Virus record (IMG/VR): IMGVR_UViG_3300036785_000370
Span: 7,991-71,990 of that record
DNA from: a virus
Direction: 5' to 3' (one strand)
Length of the DNA: 64,000 bases
This document shows, piece after piece, positions 47,401-56,051 of this stretch. The translations under genes and the position numbers were made by a program. The notes under the pieces were generated by a model. It saw only the letters and a program-made list of their open reading frames with translations, searched no databases and had not been told where the DNA came from. Position 1 is the stretch's first letter, and the number at the start of each line of letters is the position of its first letter.

Positions 47401-49933
47401 CTACTTCAGTCCGGAAGGTTACAAGAGATACGTAGACGGTTACGTTGATCAAAAAGGCGTGTTCCACAGCAAGGAAGGAGGCTACGATGTGGCTCAGACC
47501 ACCGGCCAGATCGTAAAGCCAACTCTGTATGGGGGAGAGGTGCAATCAAATGAGCTTGCGCTTCGGAGAGCGTTGCAGCAGGGCCACATTTTTGCTTCGC
47601 CTAACGAAAAGGACGTTCTCACCTGGGAGGAGGCGCTAGAAAACTACAATGGCCCGAGCCAGGATTTCGTGAATCATATCGGTCGCTCTATCGATCAGAT
47701 GCTCGGGTTAGACTCGCTTCATCACGACGCGATTGGTGACACCAAAACATACGGCACTGAGAACACCGTCGTATCCGACATCAACAACGTCAGGGATTTT
47801 GACGAATTGCGTTACGCAGCTGCGCTGCGGGGGCGGGCGCTAAATCAAAAATCGGTGCTCGCGTTCTGGGACGATAAAGGCGGTAAAAACGCCATGTATT
47901 ACATGATGGTTCCGGAGGCGAATCTGCCGAAAATCAGAGGACAGCTCGACGACGCGGGCTTGGAATTCAGGACGTTGCGGCCGCACGAAAATCAGACACT
48001 GGTGCAGATTTACGCCAAAGATCCGGAGGCTGATCTTGCCGCTTTACATAAGCTGGCAAGTGTATACAGTGCGCAGGGTCATGACATCACAATTCAACGA
48101 GTCAGAGGAACAGGCGAATTCGTCGGAGAAGCAGACACCCGAGAAGAAGCTCAAAGGAATTACGCCAAAATCATCTCCGATTACGAAGGGGACTATCCGG
48201 ATCGTCGACGTGGAACCGCGGAAGGGGCACGGGGTGCTGATACCGGGGCCGCTGCGCAGCAGGGAGTAGAGGGACCAGCTCCTCCAGGTGGGCCGCTCAT
48301 GCCGTCGACGGCAAGGCCGGCGCAAACGATAGAGCAAGCGCGAGCAGACCTCGAGAGTCGCGGAGGCAAGAACTATCCCGAGTATCGGATCAGCACTCGT
48401 TTTCCGCAGGGTCGCGACGCAACGGAAGATTTCCGAACGCAGCAGACCGATCTGGACGTAGAGAGCATCTACAGGGATAAGGCATACTCGCGTAAAATAG
48501 CGAACGACGTACGCGAGTTTCTACCAAAGGAACTGCAACAGAGGGATTGGTATCAGAATCCCATAAAGCAGATCGAGAGCGCGATAGAGTTTTTCAAGGA
48601 AAACAAACAAGCGCACTACGAGATGATGCAGCAATACCCGTGGGCGCAGCGGGCGATTAAGCAATACGAAGGTTACAACATCTGGGCGCATCAACTGGCG
48701 GAAAAATATGGTTATGAGATCTGGCAGGTATTAGGTGGCGAATCCGCGATAAGCCCACAGACGCCGCCTGATCAGAGTTTCGCAATGATTGAGCGGTTGA
48801 TGCGGGTAAAGAATGAGGGCGCCAATGTGCCGTGGGACGAACGGTTCGATAAGACCATCCAAGATAAACGCATCCCAAAGATTTCCGACGAAGATCTCCA
48901 GCAACTTCAGGGAAAGACTTTCAACGATCTCGATAGTCTGCCGGCGGGGAAGGAGCGCGACCTACTCCGAGCGAAATGGGCTCGGGTTTATGATCAGACA
49001 TTCCATGATCCCGAGTATCACGTAATCACTCCGGAAGGCGCGCAGGGCGATCTGGCAATGACAACGGGCAAGAATCCTCGTCCCGTGAAAAGTGCATGGC
49101 GAAGTTATGGTCAAATCGCCAGGGGGCTCAAGGGATTGGAAGCTCCGACACACGCGGACCTGGCAGACATCCTTACAAAGGCGAAAGTCTCCAGTTATTA
49201 TAATTCCAAGATGGCGCCTAACGAAATGCTTCCAGACTACGTTGTGGACACCCATGACATTGGAAGTAGCTGGCTGCACCCTGTGCCAAAAGTGCCAGAC
49301 ATCGACAAGGCGACCGGCAAGCAAAAGGTCGATGAGAACGGAAAACCGAAAGTCATAGAAAATCCGAGGGTAGCGCAGGCTTTCAATGGGCCATCCAATA
49401 AAGGACTCGGTCATCACGGCGTATCCGCGCTGCACGCCGAAGCGGGGCGACGGGCTGCTGCGGAGTATGGACTTGTGCCAAGCGATTTCCAAGCAGGCAT
49501 CTGGAGCCATCAGCAAGGGGCTCTTTCGGCGGATGTTTTGCCTCTCAAAACCATTGCCGAAATCGACAAAGTATGGAAGGATGCTAGTCGTGGAAAATAC
49601 ACAGCACAACAGGCCAGAGAAAAGGCTTTCGAAACTGCGAGGGATGCCCTCAACCAAAAGTTTGGGTCGCCCAACGCAAGGAGTCCGACTTGGGCCAGAG
49701 AGCTTGAAGGACCCAGTGGTGCAATACATGCTGGCGCGGGGAATCCCAGTGACGCGGAAGAACTACCTGGAGGAATCGGCGCAGGTGCAGCCGCTGGGAG
49801 CGGAGGAGGAGGGTATGCTTCCGGAGGAGTTGCAGGAACACCCGTAATTTCAACTGGACTCCGCGGTCTGGGGGCGTATAAACGCAGTCAAAACAACCAA
49901 CCACTAGGAGGAATAAAAACCCATGCTCTATGA
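41468..49933 (+). CDS. Giant polyvalent internal virion protein (HExxH peptidase-like, ART-like and glycosylase-like domains)
   Basis: 2821 aa; HESRH at 43583; YHGT...F..F......G.FFA; SAISPQ...KV.SYY...VVDTH...QA.IW; five MP(S/A)TA linkers. Confidence 0.7.
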   Translation: MPESTITLGGPPIQASLGGPPQPQPTATPFDPNAFLKATQDQQNVQEDFDPKTFIQQADQAESSFNPDEFVKKVDESAPSMVINAALQGDANVHPAQIATAESAQFADQSPQEKLWNGMLGMWQQVPDWHHLLGSFEDGAKKIWNLPLEWNQQLMQPTTHPLGPPMQDTSNAYLYAKTGDPKYGPWGVGLKPATGPEEITELPASALKVGEQVAGLAGKEAELSTPYPGGPKSFWAQAVSQAVPGIGPFMAPEIGKKVAEATGEATEATKQQYNKELTAVAEGSDIVRQQAMEWANAYQKYMDIDPNSLAAQIADNGIWFLAPAIGPEAEIAELISNMVAKSARYTVGTLGLGASYALPAGLRIAGAATVDTALRKYFNLPEGTAAVLTAAGVLPAELAAKGGMGRFLSNQLHKAILGSSQEDFRDGMKALLAHGDLNVVDSLQYKTAQELNEARQDVADLTAAGKDTSKADKLVKDLEIKHDSILNQRWTQQFMEDWSNRAATAAVNTGVGAMAGATFGYGAAPTGEEAPYMASGAAGGAAIVLPFAVHGAWRSQLRNRANYGARVFEGVSKDAGFDPDYGPYVGAAKRAETAQTNGLIRLSTRGSPDGEKQLFVKRGWDLLNAAREQLPDFKEPSWPEEAPQPVQQPGTLIATPQGLAPAPPPVPRELRPMPKSVLDQLPDGFVGKDGNAYSNGDRINNGVALHESRHISQMIGGILRAAKPELMERFGNTYDALRGIPQPGARGFTLMPETRSTPEYLRAERDADIGRLVLKDKPIGLLYGGERPGDVASRWARQLLYKFMPEKLLPGPKFDPLLGTPSTGQDRVEMLRQLYRDGALAQKNRFLREPVAPSAQPPAAGGAAAPPAHPFDPFSPDEQAVGHDVMRIATDPKTKGTPIGVKFTPENVAAAIQEAKDNGVEVNFQNIADRVIAGPSQRPPVPQGPVVVPQPKPEPQGPVVAPQPPQPEPQGPGVVPAAPHPADGYESARIRGEDAMRQKLINSKRADKEAVIARAGIEEAAKDHAKVVGPDSDLITWRTNKYNKSSIWGTRTDANDPFHQMIMKRANLSDEASKNLADIEANMGKPITVDYEHAPGEGGETETDRAEREAARRKAGAPQRVAGEGEREILTKSFVPTSIEYFPLANVFQAHGFSPDKFTKNAQIVIGEAKRMGYKTAAEVAADPEKLKGSKLTFDGVHDPLIVQYFHQTTENYQNGYSASGDPIKGATEIKGGKTVPVVPNPDYTPHVIPRDYRDQINAMMGNTSAKTGQKALAKAAKTGEKPVPSPEQAAKQELAKQNYKAQPYFNPETGEVNKFRKDMGADAAAKLSPVATENLDPNLIKGDVREGAALNDYETLRPSGYNGDRGQFAAKGVPKSEYVASALMPSTAQEGEFRPTPEEIEQGRARGRIGSPGLWDTAQTAGHADELAAQLGVDPKKRFWEQKPENRQKIQDYYKWTGQAQYMPATAGYDPAFKQPEPVSDDVLRAALSSNKVPFVGTNRDLPAGTPISSRIDIPSFLRSGIYAQTIHAPKIGKNLGYDSIVRMKGPVTFTVRESTAEKIKNREMNKAPIAATEGKYDPDRTLPADINDLSKWTPLGFDPMEHSYFYDKTSGEPVIRADEAIHIGNTVYVKNPVYGQSANFRYMPSTAPQSEEFNRWSRGAPVVLDSAPFDPGMFSSGLHLRVVESGVSIVDRDGNVVRTIRDAPGTSAMGRASYVLGRLAEEARLKAAQEHAASTYQTGRSVVVGAYHGTPNKDFTVFEPAMMGSYTGAPSAEEGFFFAGKPDTAQAYTIPRSESYRHSVEEYYDRYGKMKWRVHDPYDNVVADGFQSEPEAVDTAMALQSATRASMPRGLHEVFVRFENPLVHDFGGDEYREKSYYTLIKQAKDEGRDGAIFTNTYDGGGQPDNIFVTFRSNDIKSTANMAPTEHPDIHLMPSTARPERLDRPAIMRKEDEKVFPAVRAGMHAEIPDEYPIDLADYFSPEGYKRYVDGYVDQKGVFHSKEGGYDVAQTTGQIVKPTLYGGEVQSNELALRRALQQGHIFASPNEKDVLTWEEALENYNGPSQDFVNHIGRSIDQMLGLDSLHHDAIGDTKTYGTENTVVSDINNVRDFDELRYAAALRGRALNQKSVLAFWDDKGGKNAMYYMMVPEANLPKIRGQLDDAGLEFRTLRPHENQTLVQIYAKDPEADLAALHKLASVYSAQGHDITIQRVRGTGEFVGEADTREEAQRNYAKIISDYEGDYPDRRRGTAEGARGADTGAAAQQGVEGPAPPGGPLMPSTARPAQTIEQARADLESRGGKNYPEYRISTRFPQGRDATEDFRTQQTDLDVESIYRDKAYSRKIANDVREFLPKELQQRDWYQNPIKQIESAIEFFKENKQAHYEMMQQYPWAQRAIKQYEGYNIWAHQLAEKYGYEIWQVLGGESAISPQTPPDQSFAMIERLMRVKNEGANVPWDERFDKTIQDKRIPKISDEDLQQLQGKTFNDLDSLPAGKERDLLRAKWARVYDQTFHDPEYHVITPEGAQGDLAMTTGKNPRPVKSAWRSYGQIARGLKGLEAPTHADLADILTKAKVSSYYNSKMAPNEMLPDYVVDTHDIGSSWLHPVPKVPDIDKATGKQKVDENGKPKVIENPRVAQAFNGPSNKGLGHHGVSALHAEAGRRAAAEYGLVPSDFQAGIWSHQQGALSADVLPLKTIAEIDKVWKDASRGKYTAQQAREKAFETARDALNQKFGSPNARSPTWARELEGPSGAIHAGAGNPSDAEELPGGIGAGAAAGSGGGGYASGGVAGTPVISTGLRGLGAYKRSQNNQPLGGIKTHAL

Positions 49934-50379
49934 AGTAGCGATATTGGAAACCCCCACAAAAAAAGAATCAGAAGATGGAAAGACTGAGAGGCTGGTATTC
50001 GGCCCGAAAGCGGTCATCGCCAATGATCCGCAGAGCGCAGGCATCGCCGCCGTGCTGGACGGTCATAACGGAGACAAGATCGAGGTGGATCGCGCCCGCA
50101 TGAAAGTGCTTGTGCGCCCTTTTGCGTAGCCCCAGCCGCTGATCGTCCACCTGATGAAGATCGAGGGCACGTTCGAATCAGGGAGCCGCTGGGGGGACAA
50201 GTGTGGGGCGGAGCTGCTGAATCGGCTATCGCCGAGAGACAATATCAAGATGCGATTCACGACAGTCTTGGTGTTCCCTCGATGCAAAATGCAATGTATG
50301 TCACCACTGCTGCACCGATTGGTGCGATGAGTTACACAGCACAAAATCTCGGTCTACACTAAAAAGAAAGGAACAAACT

Positions 50380-50538
50380 ATGGGACTGCTCACAATCATC
50401 TACTGGATTCTGCTGGTGCTGATATTCCTCGGGATGTTTGCCGCTCCATCGTGGACATGGTATCCACGAGCTAACTCGGCGGTAACGTTCGCGTTGTTTG
50501 TCATCATCGGCATCAAGATCCTTAAACCCACTTGGTAG
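50380..50538 (+). CDS. 52-aa protein with two hydrophobic segments (holin-like candidate)
   Basis: MGLLTIIYWILLVLIFLGMFAAPSWTWYPRANSAVTFALFVIIGIKILKPTW; AAGGA RBS; too short for the ORF track. Confidence 0.5.
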   Translation: MGLLTIIYWILLVLIFLGMFAAPSWTWYPRANSAVTFALFVIIGIKILKPTW

Positions 50539-50539
50539 C

Positions 50540-51052
50540 ATGGGCGGTAAAAGAGATTCAGCTGGTAGGAACAAGGAGATTGCAAGGATCCGGAAACGGA
50601 TGGCCAGGAAGCTGGATCTTTACGGCGTTTTCGCTGATATCAGTCCCGAGCTCAACAAGAGGTTAAATGAGGCTACCGAATACAGCGACTTCAGGCGCGT
50701 AGAAAACGAGCGGCAGCTTGAAGCCATAAAATCGGTGCTGGCGGGCTACATATTCAACGAGAACGTGGTAGTCCAGGCGGTCGTCCCTGACAAAAATGGT
50801 ATTCGCGTGGTTGCTATTGATCATTTCGAAGCCATGCAAAGAGCCACCAATCTGTTTCTGGCCGCGATGAACATGCAGAATAAGATGTGGGGGCTCTACT
50901 CGGTGGAGCAGGGCGGCGGAGGCGGCGCCGGCGGCGGTGACTCAAATACCCTTACAGCCAAACTGGTGCACGAGATCCAGCGCATTGCCCAGCAGGGGCG
51001 CACACGTATGCTTCCGCCTGTGACCGCGAAGATCGTTGAAAACGGCAAGTGA
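50540..51052 (+). CDS. Candidate terminase small subunit
   Basis: Helical 170-aa ORF upstream of the large subunit; positional evidence only. Confidence 0.4.
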   Translation: MGGKRDSAGRNKEIARIRKRMARKLDLYGVFADISPELNKRLNEATEYSDFRRVENERQLEAIKSVLAGYIFNENVVVQAVVPDKNGIRVVAIDHFEAMQRATNLFLAAMNMQNKMWGLYSVEQGGGGGAGGGDSNTLTAKLVHEIQRIAQQGRTRMLPPVTAKIVENGK

Positions 51053-51456
51053 CTAAACGACGTTGGGTTTCAACTGCTCGCGTACGCGCGAATAATCGCG
51101 ATGCTGTTCGTCGTTATCGGGCGCGAAACCTTGAGAAGGTTCGTGCGAAAGCGCGATCATATTCCAGAAGACATCCTGAAATTGTCCGCTCTCAATATCT
51201 GAAGCGTGCCTATGGAATGAGTCAGTCAGAATTCGAACAGCTTCTGTCGAATCAAAACAACTGCTGTGCTGTATGTCACGAACCTCTCAGGACGGGGAAA
51301 GATCGCCATGTGGATCATTGCCACGATAGCGGCGAGGTCTGCGGTATCTTGTGCTCAGGATGTAATCAGGCTTTGGGTCTAATCAAACACTCGGCGGGAA
51401 TAGCCATCTCGATGGCTGAATACATAAATCGAACAAGGAGGGGCCATCTCCTTTGA
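51049..51456 (+). CDS. Endonuclease VII-like HNH endonuclease
   Basis: YG....F..L...Q...CAVC...VDHCH.SG.V.GILC..CN.ALG. Confidence 0.85.
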   Translation: MTKRRWVSTARVRANNRDAVRRYRARNLEKVRAKARSYSRRHPEIVRSQYLKRAYGMSQSEFEQLLSNQNNCCAVCHEPLRTGKDRHVDHCHDSGEVCGILCSGCNQALGLIKHSAGIAISMAEYINRTRRGHLL

Positions 51457-53321
51457 CACATGAGCAGCTAATCGTCGCGCATGACATGCTGACTCACGAC
51501 GAAGAGTCACGTGTCGAATGCCTCAATTACATCTATAGCGAATCAGGATCGACGGAGAGAGTTAAAAATCCTGCGCTGGCTCTGCGGACGTTATTCGTTT
51601 ATGTCGTTTCGCTGATCGGAGAAGGAGATCTGGTCGGCGCATCGCTGTTCCTCTGGGGGACCACGGTATTCGACGTCCGGCCGAAGAGCGTGAAACGCAT
51701 CTGGGATGCGCTCGACGTTTACCCGAAATTGCTTTGCATGGGCGCCGGGGTCCAGGGGAAGACATACACTCCGACCGTCAAATTCTTTCTGCGCTGGTTG
51801 GAAGATGCGGCCAATACATCCATCAAGGTGGTATCGACGACCGCCGGCCACGCGCGCAGCAACGCATTCGCTGGGTTCAAACGGTTGCATACCGAGGCAG
51901 CGATCCCGCTGCCTGGGATATTGCGCTACGATTTCATCGGCCTTAACACTGACGCGCGCTACGCGTCGATCGAGCAGGTGGCCATCAAGCCGGGCGAGGA
52001 CGGCCGAGCAGCTCTCCGCGGATTCCATCCGATCCCGCGCCGGCATCCGCACCCGAAATACGGCACTCTGTCGGTGGTGATATTGATGTTGGATGAGTCC
52101 GACGACGTCCCGAGCGGCGCTTGGACCGGTGTTGATAACATCGTCAGCGGTCAGACCGCGCAAGGAAATGTGCAGGCATACGCGGCCACGAACCCGATCA
52201 AGCCATCGAGTGAATTTGCGATGCGCGCTACGCCTAAAGGCGGCTGGGAGATCGTAGACGATAATAAAACCTTCGAATGGGAAGGCAAAGAGGGATGGCA
52301 CGTCATCAGGCTCGATGCGCGCCAGAGCGAGAATTACAAGGAGCGCCGCGAGGTCTACAAAGGGCTGATGACGTATGAGGCCGCAAAAGGGTATGAGGCC
52401 AAAGGCATCAATCATCCTGATTACCAGACGTTCGTGTTGGGACTGTATCCCAAGCAGTCATCGATGTATTACATCGTCCCTCCATATCTGTTAAAGGACG
52501 CTGTTGGCACGTATCATTTCGTTAGGCCACCGTTTGATCTCGCGGTGGAAGATCCGGCGTTCGCCGAGGGCGGAGACAAAGCTGTCTTCACATCGGCGCG
52601 CTACGGGTTAGCCGATGGATGGACTGACGAACAAGGCACGTTCAGAGAAATGCCGCGGCGCTGGTGCATCCAGTTGGATCAACAATTCGAGATGCCGAAG
52701 CGCAACACGATCGACATGGGCAATGACATCATCGAGCTGTGCACAAAGCTGCATATCCGGCCGGAATGGTTTGGCGGTGATGCCACGGGCATGGGACATG
52801 GGTTATTTGATTACCTCTTAAAACGTTTCGGTGATGTTCTGGCGGTCCAATGGGGAGAGGCTGCGACTGACACAAAGATATTGGATGAAGATACCGATGT
52901 CGCCTCAGAGCGTTACGACGGACTGGTCACAGAGATGTGGTTCTCCTTCGCGCGTTGGCTCGAGTTTGGTTATCTGAAGATCTCGCCGTCGGTGCACAAG
53001 AGGGAATTGTTTCACGAACTGAGCACGCGTCTTTACCGCCAGGCCAGTAAGACAAAATCGCGCGCATCCAGCAAAGCGGAATACAAATCGGCCAACTCCG
53101 GCCGGAGCCCAGACTACGCTGACAGCGCGATTATGATTGTGCACCTGGTGCGGATGCGCGGACAGGATCGAGCAGCGATGCTCCCAGAGTCACAAGAGTA
53201 TAAAGAGCCGCAAGCGATAGACATCTTCAGTCCATTCGACGAGTTTCGCAAAAAACAGGGTGAAGGAGTATCTTCCTTGAACCTGATCGACTTTCTGGAC
53301 TTCGATAAACTGGACGAATGA
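51453..53321 (+). CDS. terL: Terminase large subunit
   Basis: Walker A GAGVQGKT, Walker B LMLDE, motif III TNP, RNase H-like EDPA...GGD, DATGMG, SPDYADS. Confidence 0.85.
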   Translation: MTHEQLIVAHDMLTHDEESRVECLNYIYSESGSTERVKNPALALRTLFVYVVSLIGEGDLVGASLFLWGTTVFDVRPKSVKRIWDALDVYPKLLCMGAGVQGKTYTPTVKFFLRWLEDAANTSIKVVSTTAGHARSNAFAGFKRLHTEAAIPLPGILRYDFIGLNTDARYASIEQVAIKPGEDGRAALRGFHPIPRRHPHPKYGTLSVVILMLDESDDVPSGAWTGVDNIVSGQTAQGNVQAYAATNPIKPSSEFAMRATPKGGWEIVDDNKTFEWEGKEGWHVIRLDARQSENYKERREVYKGLMTYEAAKGYEAKGINHPDYQTFVLGLYPKQSSMYYIVPPYLLKDAVGTYHFVRPPFDLAVEDPAFAEGGDKAVFTSARYGLADGWTDEQGTFREMPRRWCIQLDQQFEMPKRNTIDMGNDIIELCTKLHIRPEWFGGDATGMGHGLFDYLLKRFGDVLAVQWGEAATDTKILDEDTDVASERYDGLVTEMWFSFARWLEFGYLKISPSVHKRELFHELSTRLYRQASKTKSRASSKAEYKSANSGRSPDYADSAIMIVHLVRMRGQDRAAMLPESQEYKEPQAIDIFSPFDEFRKKQGEGVSSLNLIDFLDFDKLDE

Positions 53322-53532
53322 AAACCGCAGCTGCCTTGGATCATATTGAACGTTTCGGAGGATCATTCGCCAACCGAAATCCTCACTGGTGGATTGGTAA
53401 GGACGGTGATGGTTTCTGGTGCGACTACTCCTACTGTAACGATCCCGATTGCAGCTGTTACCAACACGATCCGCAGCAAAGCAGGGAGGAACTCCTGAAG
53501 CAATTTCCTGATGACGAATGGGACAAGAGCAC

Positions 53533-54186
53533 ATGATCGATATCAAATCCACAGCGGTCATGGTGGGCGTGATCATGCCGGGCGGCTATCACTACGATGA
53601 GAAAGGCAAGACGATCATCGATGACGCGGAAAGCTACGTCGATCTGGTAAACAAGCTGGCTGAATACCGAGGGTTTTGCGGGTTAGCTCTGGGAGATCCA
53701 CAGGGCGACGTCGATAGATTCATTTGCACTACCTATCCGAACATGTGCGGCCGCTATCCCGCGGCGGAACCGGAAGGTGTAGACACGGTGGAACTTTCCT
53801 ACGGGGTGCCGGTAAAGAAAACGCCGCGCGAACGGGTGATGCAATGGGCGGCCAACAGGATGCAAAAGGTCGGCCAGATAGAATTCGTCGATTCCGAGGA
53901 AGCTGAGAGACGCGCTGAGATCTGCGCCGGATGTCCGCATCAGGTGCAATGGAACGAGCCCATTGAGGGATGCCCCGGTTGTCAGGTGTATGTTCAGGAG
54001 GCCGAAGCGATGTTGGTCAAACTCCGCGCGAATAAGCAGCTCGCAGAAAACCGGATTGCGGGACAGTCATGCACCGTAGCTGGGCATGATCTGCAAACGG
54101 CTTGCTGGTTGGAGGAGCCCGCATTGCGGCATCGGCGAAATTACACTGGACAACTCCCAGAGTTTTGTTGGATGAATGGGTTATGA
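53533..54186 (+). CDS. Cys-rich hypothetical protein
   Basis: R..IC..CP, CPGC, C.V.G...C. Confidence 0.55.
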   Translation: MIDIKSTAVMVGVIMPGGYHYDEKGKTIIDDAESYVDLVNKLAEYRGFCGLALGDPQGDVDRFICTTYPNMCGRYPAAEPEGVDTVELSYGVPVKKTPRERVMQWAANRMQKVGQIEFVDSEEAERRAEICAGCPHQVQWNEPIEGCPGCQVYVQEAEAMLVKLRANKQLAENRIAGQSCTVAGHDLQTACWLEEPALRHRRNYTGQLPEFCWMNGL

Positions 54187-54761
54187 ACCGTCGGCGTTTT
54201 ATTGCTTGCCTGCTGGCATTCGCTGCTTGTCCACAGATCAAACCGACGCCGATGCCGATGATTAATCCCGCATGGGTAAGCGCGCCTTACGAGTGCGAGT
54301 TTCTGTTCTGCAGTGGAGCGTTAGCGAGTTGTTACCCGGGGGTGAGCTTCGGGATTGATCCTAATCCGTTGAGAATCCAGCTATGACGTTTCAGGAAATA
54401 GCGCATGAAGATGCTCGACGGCTTATCGAAGTGTTAAGTGAAGAGGCCGCATGGAGGGAGGCCAATGATCTGCCTCCTATGTGGTTTGAGCGACTCTTTG
54501 GGTTTGACGTAAAATTGTGGAGATCAATATCAAATGAGTAGGCTACACGGTTGGAAGCCCAAACCTAAGTTCACCTGTGGACTCAACGTCTCGCAGGCGC
54601 AGTGGGACAAAATATTTGGCAAAAAATCGGAGAACGAGGAACTGCCGAGCGCGTCTCTGGTTTACCCTTGGTTCCTTCCAAAAGATCATCCCTGCTACAG
54701 TCCTAGACCTAAACACTTGACGAACCCAGAGGAACAGAGTAAGAAAAATTCCTGAGCGGCC

Positions 54762-55454
54762 ATGCCTATCAGCCCAATGCCTCCTAATCAAGGAGGTGCG
54801 GCATCTCAAGGCGCACCGCAACCGCAGTCGCCGCAGCAGCAATTTACTGATTTCCTGCATCAAAACGCTTACATTCCAGTCTGGCTGCATCCGCATCTTG
54901 CTGCTGGTGTGATAAGGCATTTTGGGAAGGACGGATCCGCGATTATTCATCCTCATCCGACGACGTTGATGGACAACACTACTGCTGCCTCGATGGCCGG
55001 CGGCGGAGTGGCGCAGTCTCCTGTTACGCCAGTGGCGCCCGGCGGTGCAATGCAGCGAATTCAGCCAGGACCGGCGTCACGGCCCGCAGCCGCGGCCGCA
55101 GCGGTTAATGCTTCTCGTCTAGCGCCCTTATCTGGAATCCCTGGTGGTCTAGGTGCTCCAGGCACAGCAGGGCGATCGATTTTTGGCGGCGGCCCAGTAG
55201 GTGCAGGCGGTGCGATGCAGCAAGAACCGGTGTTCGCACGGAAAGGAGCGGCGTTAGACGCGACAGGCGGCGGCAAAGTGCCTGGCAAAGACCTCGGACA
55301 CGATTCCGTCAGCGCCATGTTGGAGCCGGGGGAGGCTGTGTTCAATAAAAAGCAGTTGGCCGGCATCAAGCCTAAACCTGGCAAGGAACATCTTCTGAGG
55401 GGCGACCAGAAGAAGGCTATGAGAAAGGCTTCAAACCGTGCCGGCCGTAAGTAA
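54762..55454 (+). CDS. Low-complexity protein with GG.V.G...DSV.AML.PGE.V motif
   Basis: TGGGKVPGKDLGHDSVSAMLEPGEAVFN. Confidence 0.6.
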   Translation: MPISPMPPNQGGAASQGAPQPQSPQQQFTDFLHQNAYIPVWLHPHLAAGVIRHFGKDGSAIIHPHPTTLMDNTTAASMAGGGVAQSPVTPVAPGGAMQRIQPGPASRPAAAAAAVNASRLAPLSGIPGGLGAPGTAGRSIFGGGPVGAGGAMQQEPVFARKGAALDATGGGKVPGKDLGHDSVSAMLEPGEAVFNKKQLAGIKPKPGKEHLLRGDQKKAMRKASNRAGRK

Positions 55455-55658
55455 AAGCCAGCGCCGATTGATGGGCGCGTGCGAGCATGGCGCTGATTAC
55501 GCCAGTTGCCCCAAGGACATGACCAAAGCGCAGATGCACGATTTCGCGGTTACGAAAGACAAAGGGCTCCCGAATCGAGTAAAGAAAAAGTTCAGCAGCG
55601 GCGGCGCAGTGATCGGTAAACCGAAGGATCATATGACCTTCGAACAATTGGGGATCAA

Positions 55659-56048
55659 ATGACCGAGGCCGACACAAGATATAACCACAGTGCTGCTGGC
55701 AGAGCCGCACAGGCTCGATATCTCCAGAGTGGAAAAGGCCGAGAAAAGGCGCGTCGCTGGAGAGAAAGGAATCACGAAGTTGCTTGCGAACGTGATCGTG
55801 CTTGGAGGGAAAATAATCCTGAACGCTTTAGAGTGTCCCTGTTGAAGTATCGGGCGGCAAACCAAGAGAAACGAACTGCACAAAGTAAGGTTCAACACGC
55901 GCTGAAAATGGGGATTTTAATCCGTCATCCTTGCGAGACTTGTGGAAGCCCTGACGCGCAAGCGCATCACCCTGATTACTCACAACCTTTAGTAGTGAAG
56001 TGGCTCTGTCTCATCTGCCACAAATTGTTACACAGAAAGGCGGCATAA
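55659..56048 (+). CDS. HNH-like endonuclease
   Basis: PCETCG...AHHPDYSQPL.V.WLC..CH. Confidence 0.75.
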   Translation: MTEADTRYNHSAAGRAAQARYLQSGKGREKARRWRERNHEVACERDRAWRENNPERFRVSLLKYRAANQEKRTAQSKVQHALKMGILIRHPCETCGSPDAQAHHPDYSQPLVVKWLCLICHKLLHRKAA

Positions 56049-56051
56049 AAT

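Noticed and set aside
54762-55454. Tape measure protein (because of the GG.V.G...DSV.AML..GE.V motif)
   Set aside because: Only 230 aa, located in the head module, and no tail tube genes are evident.
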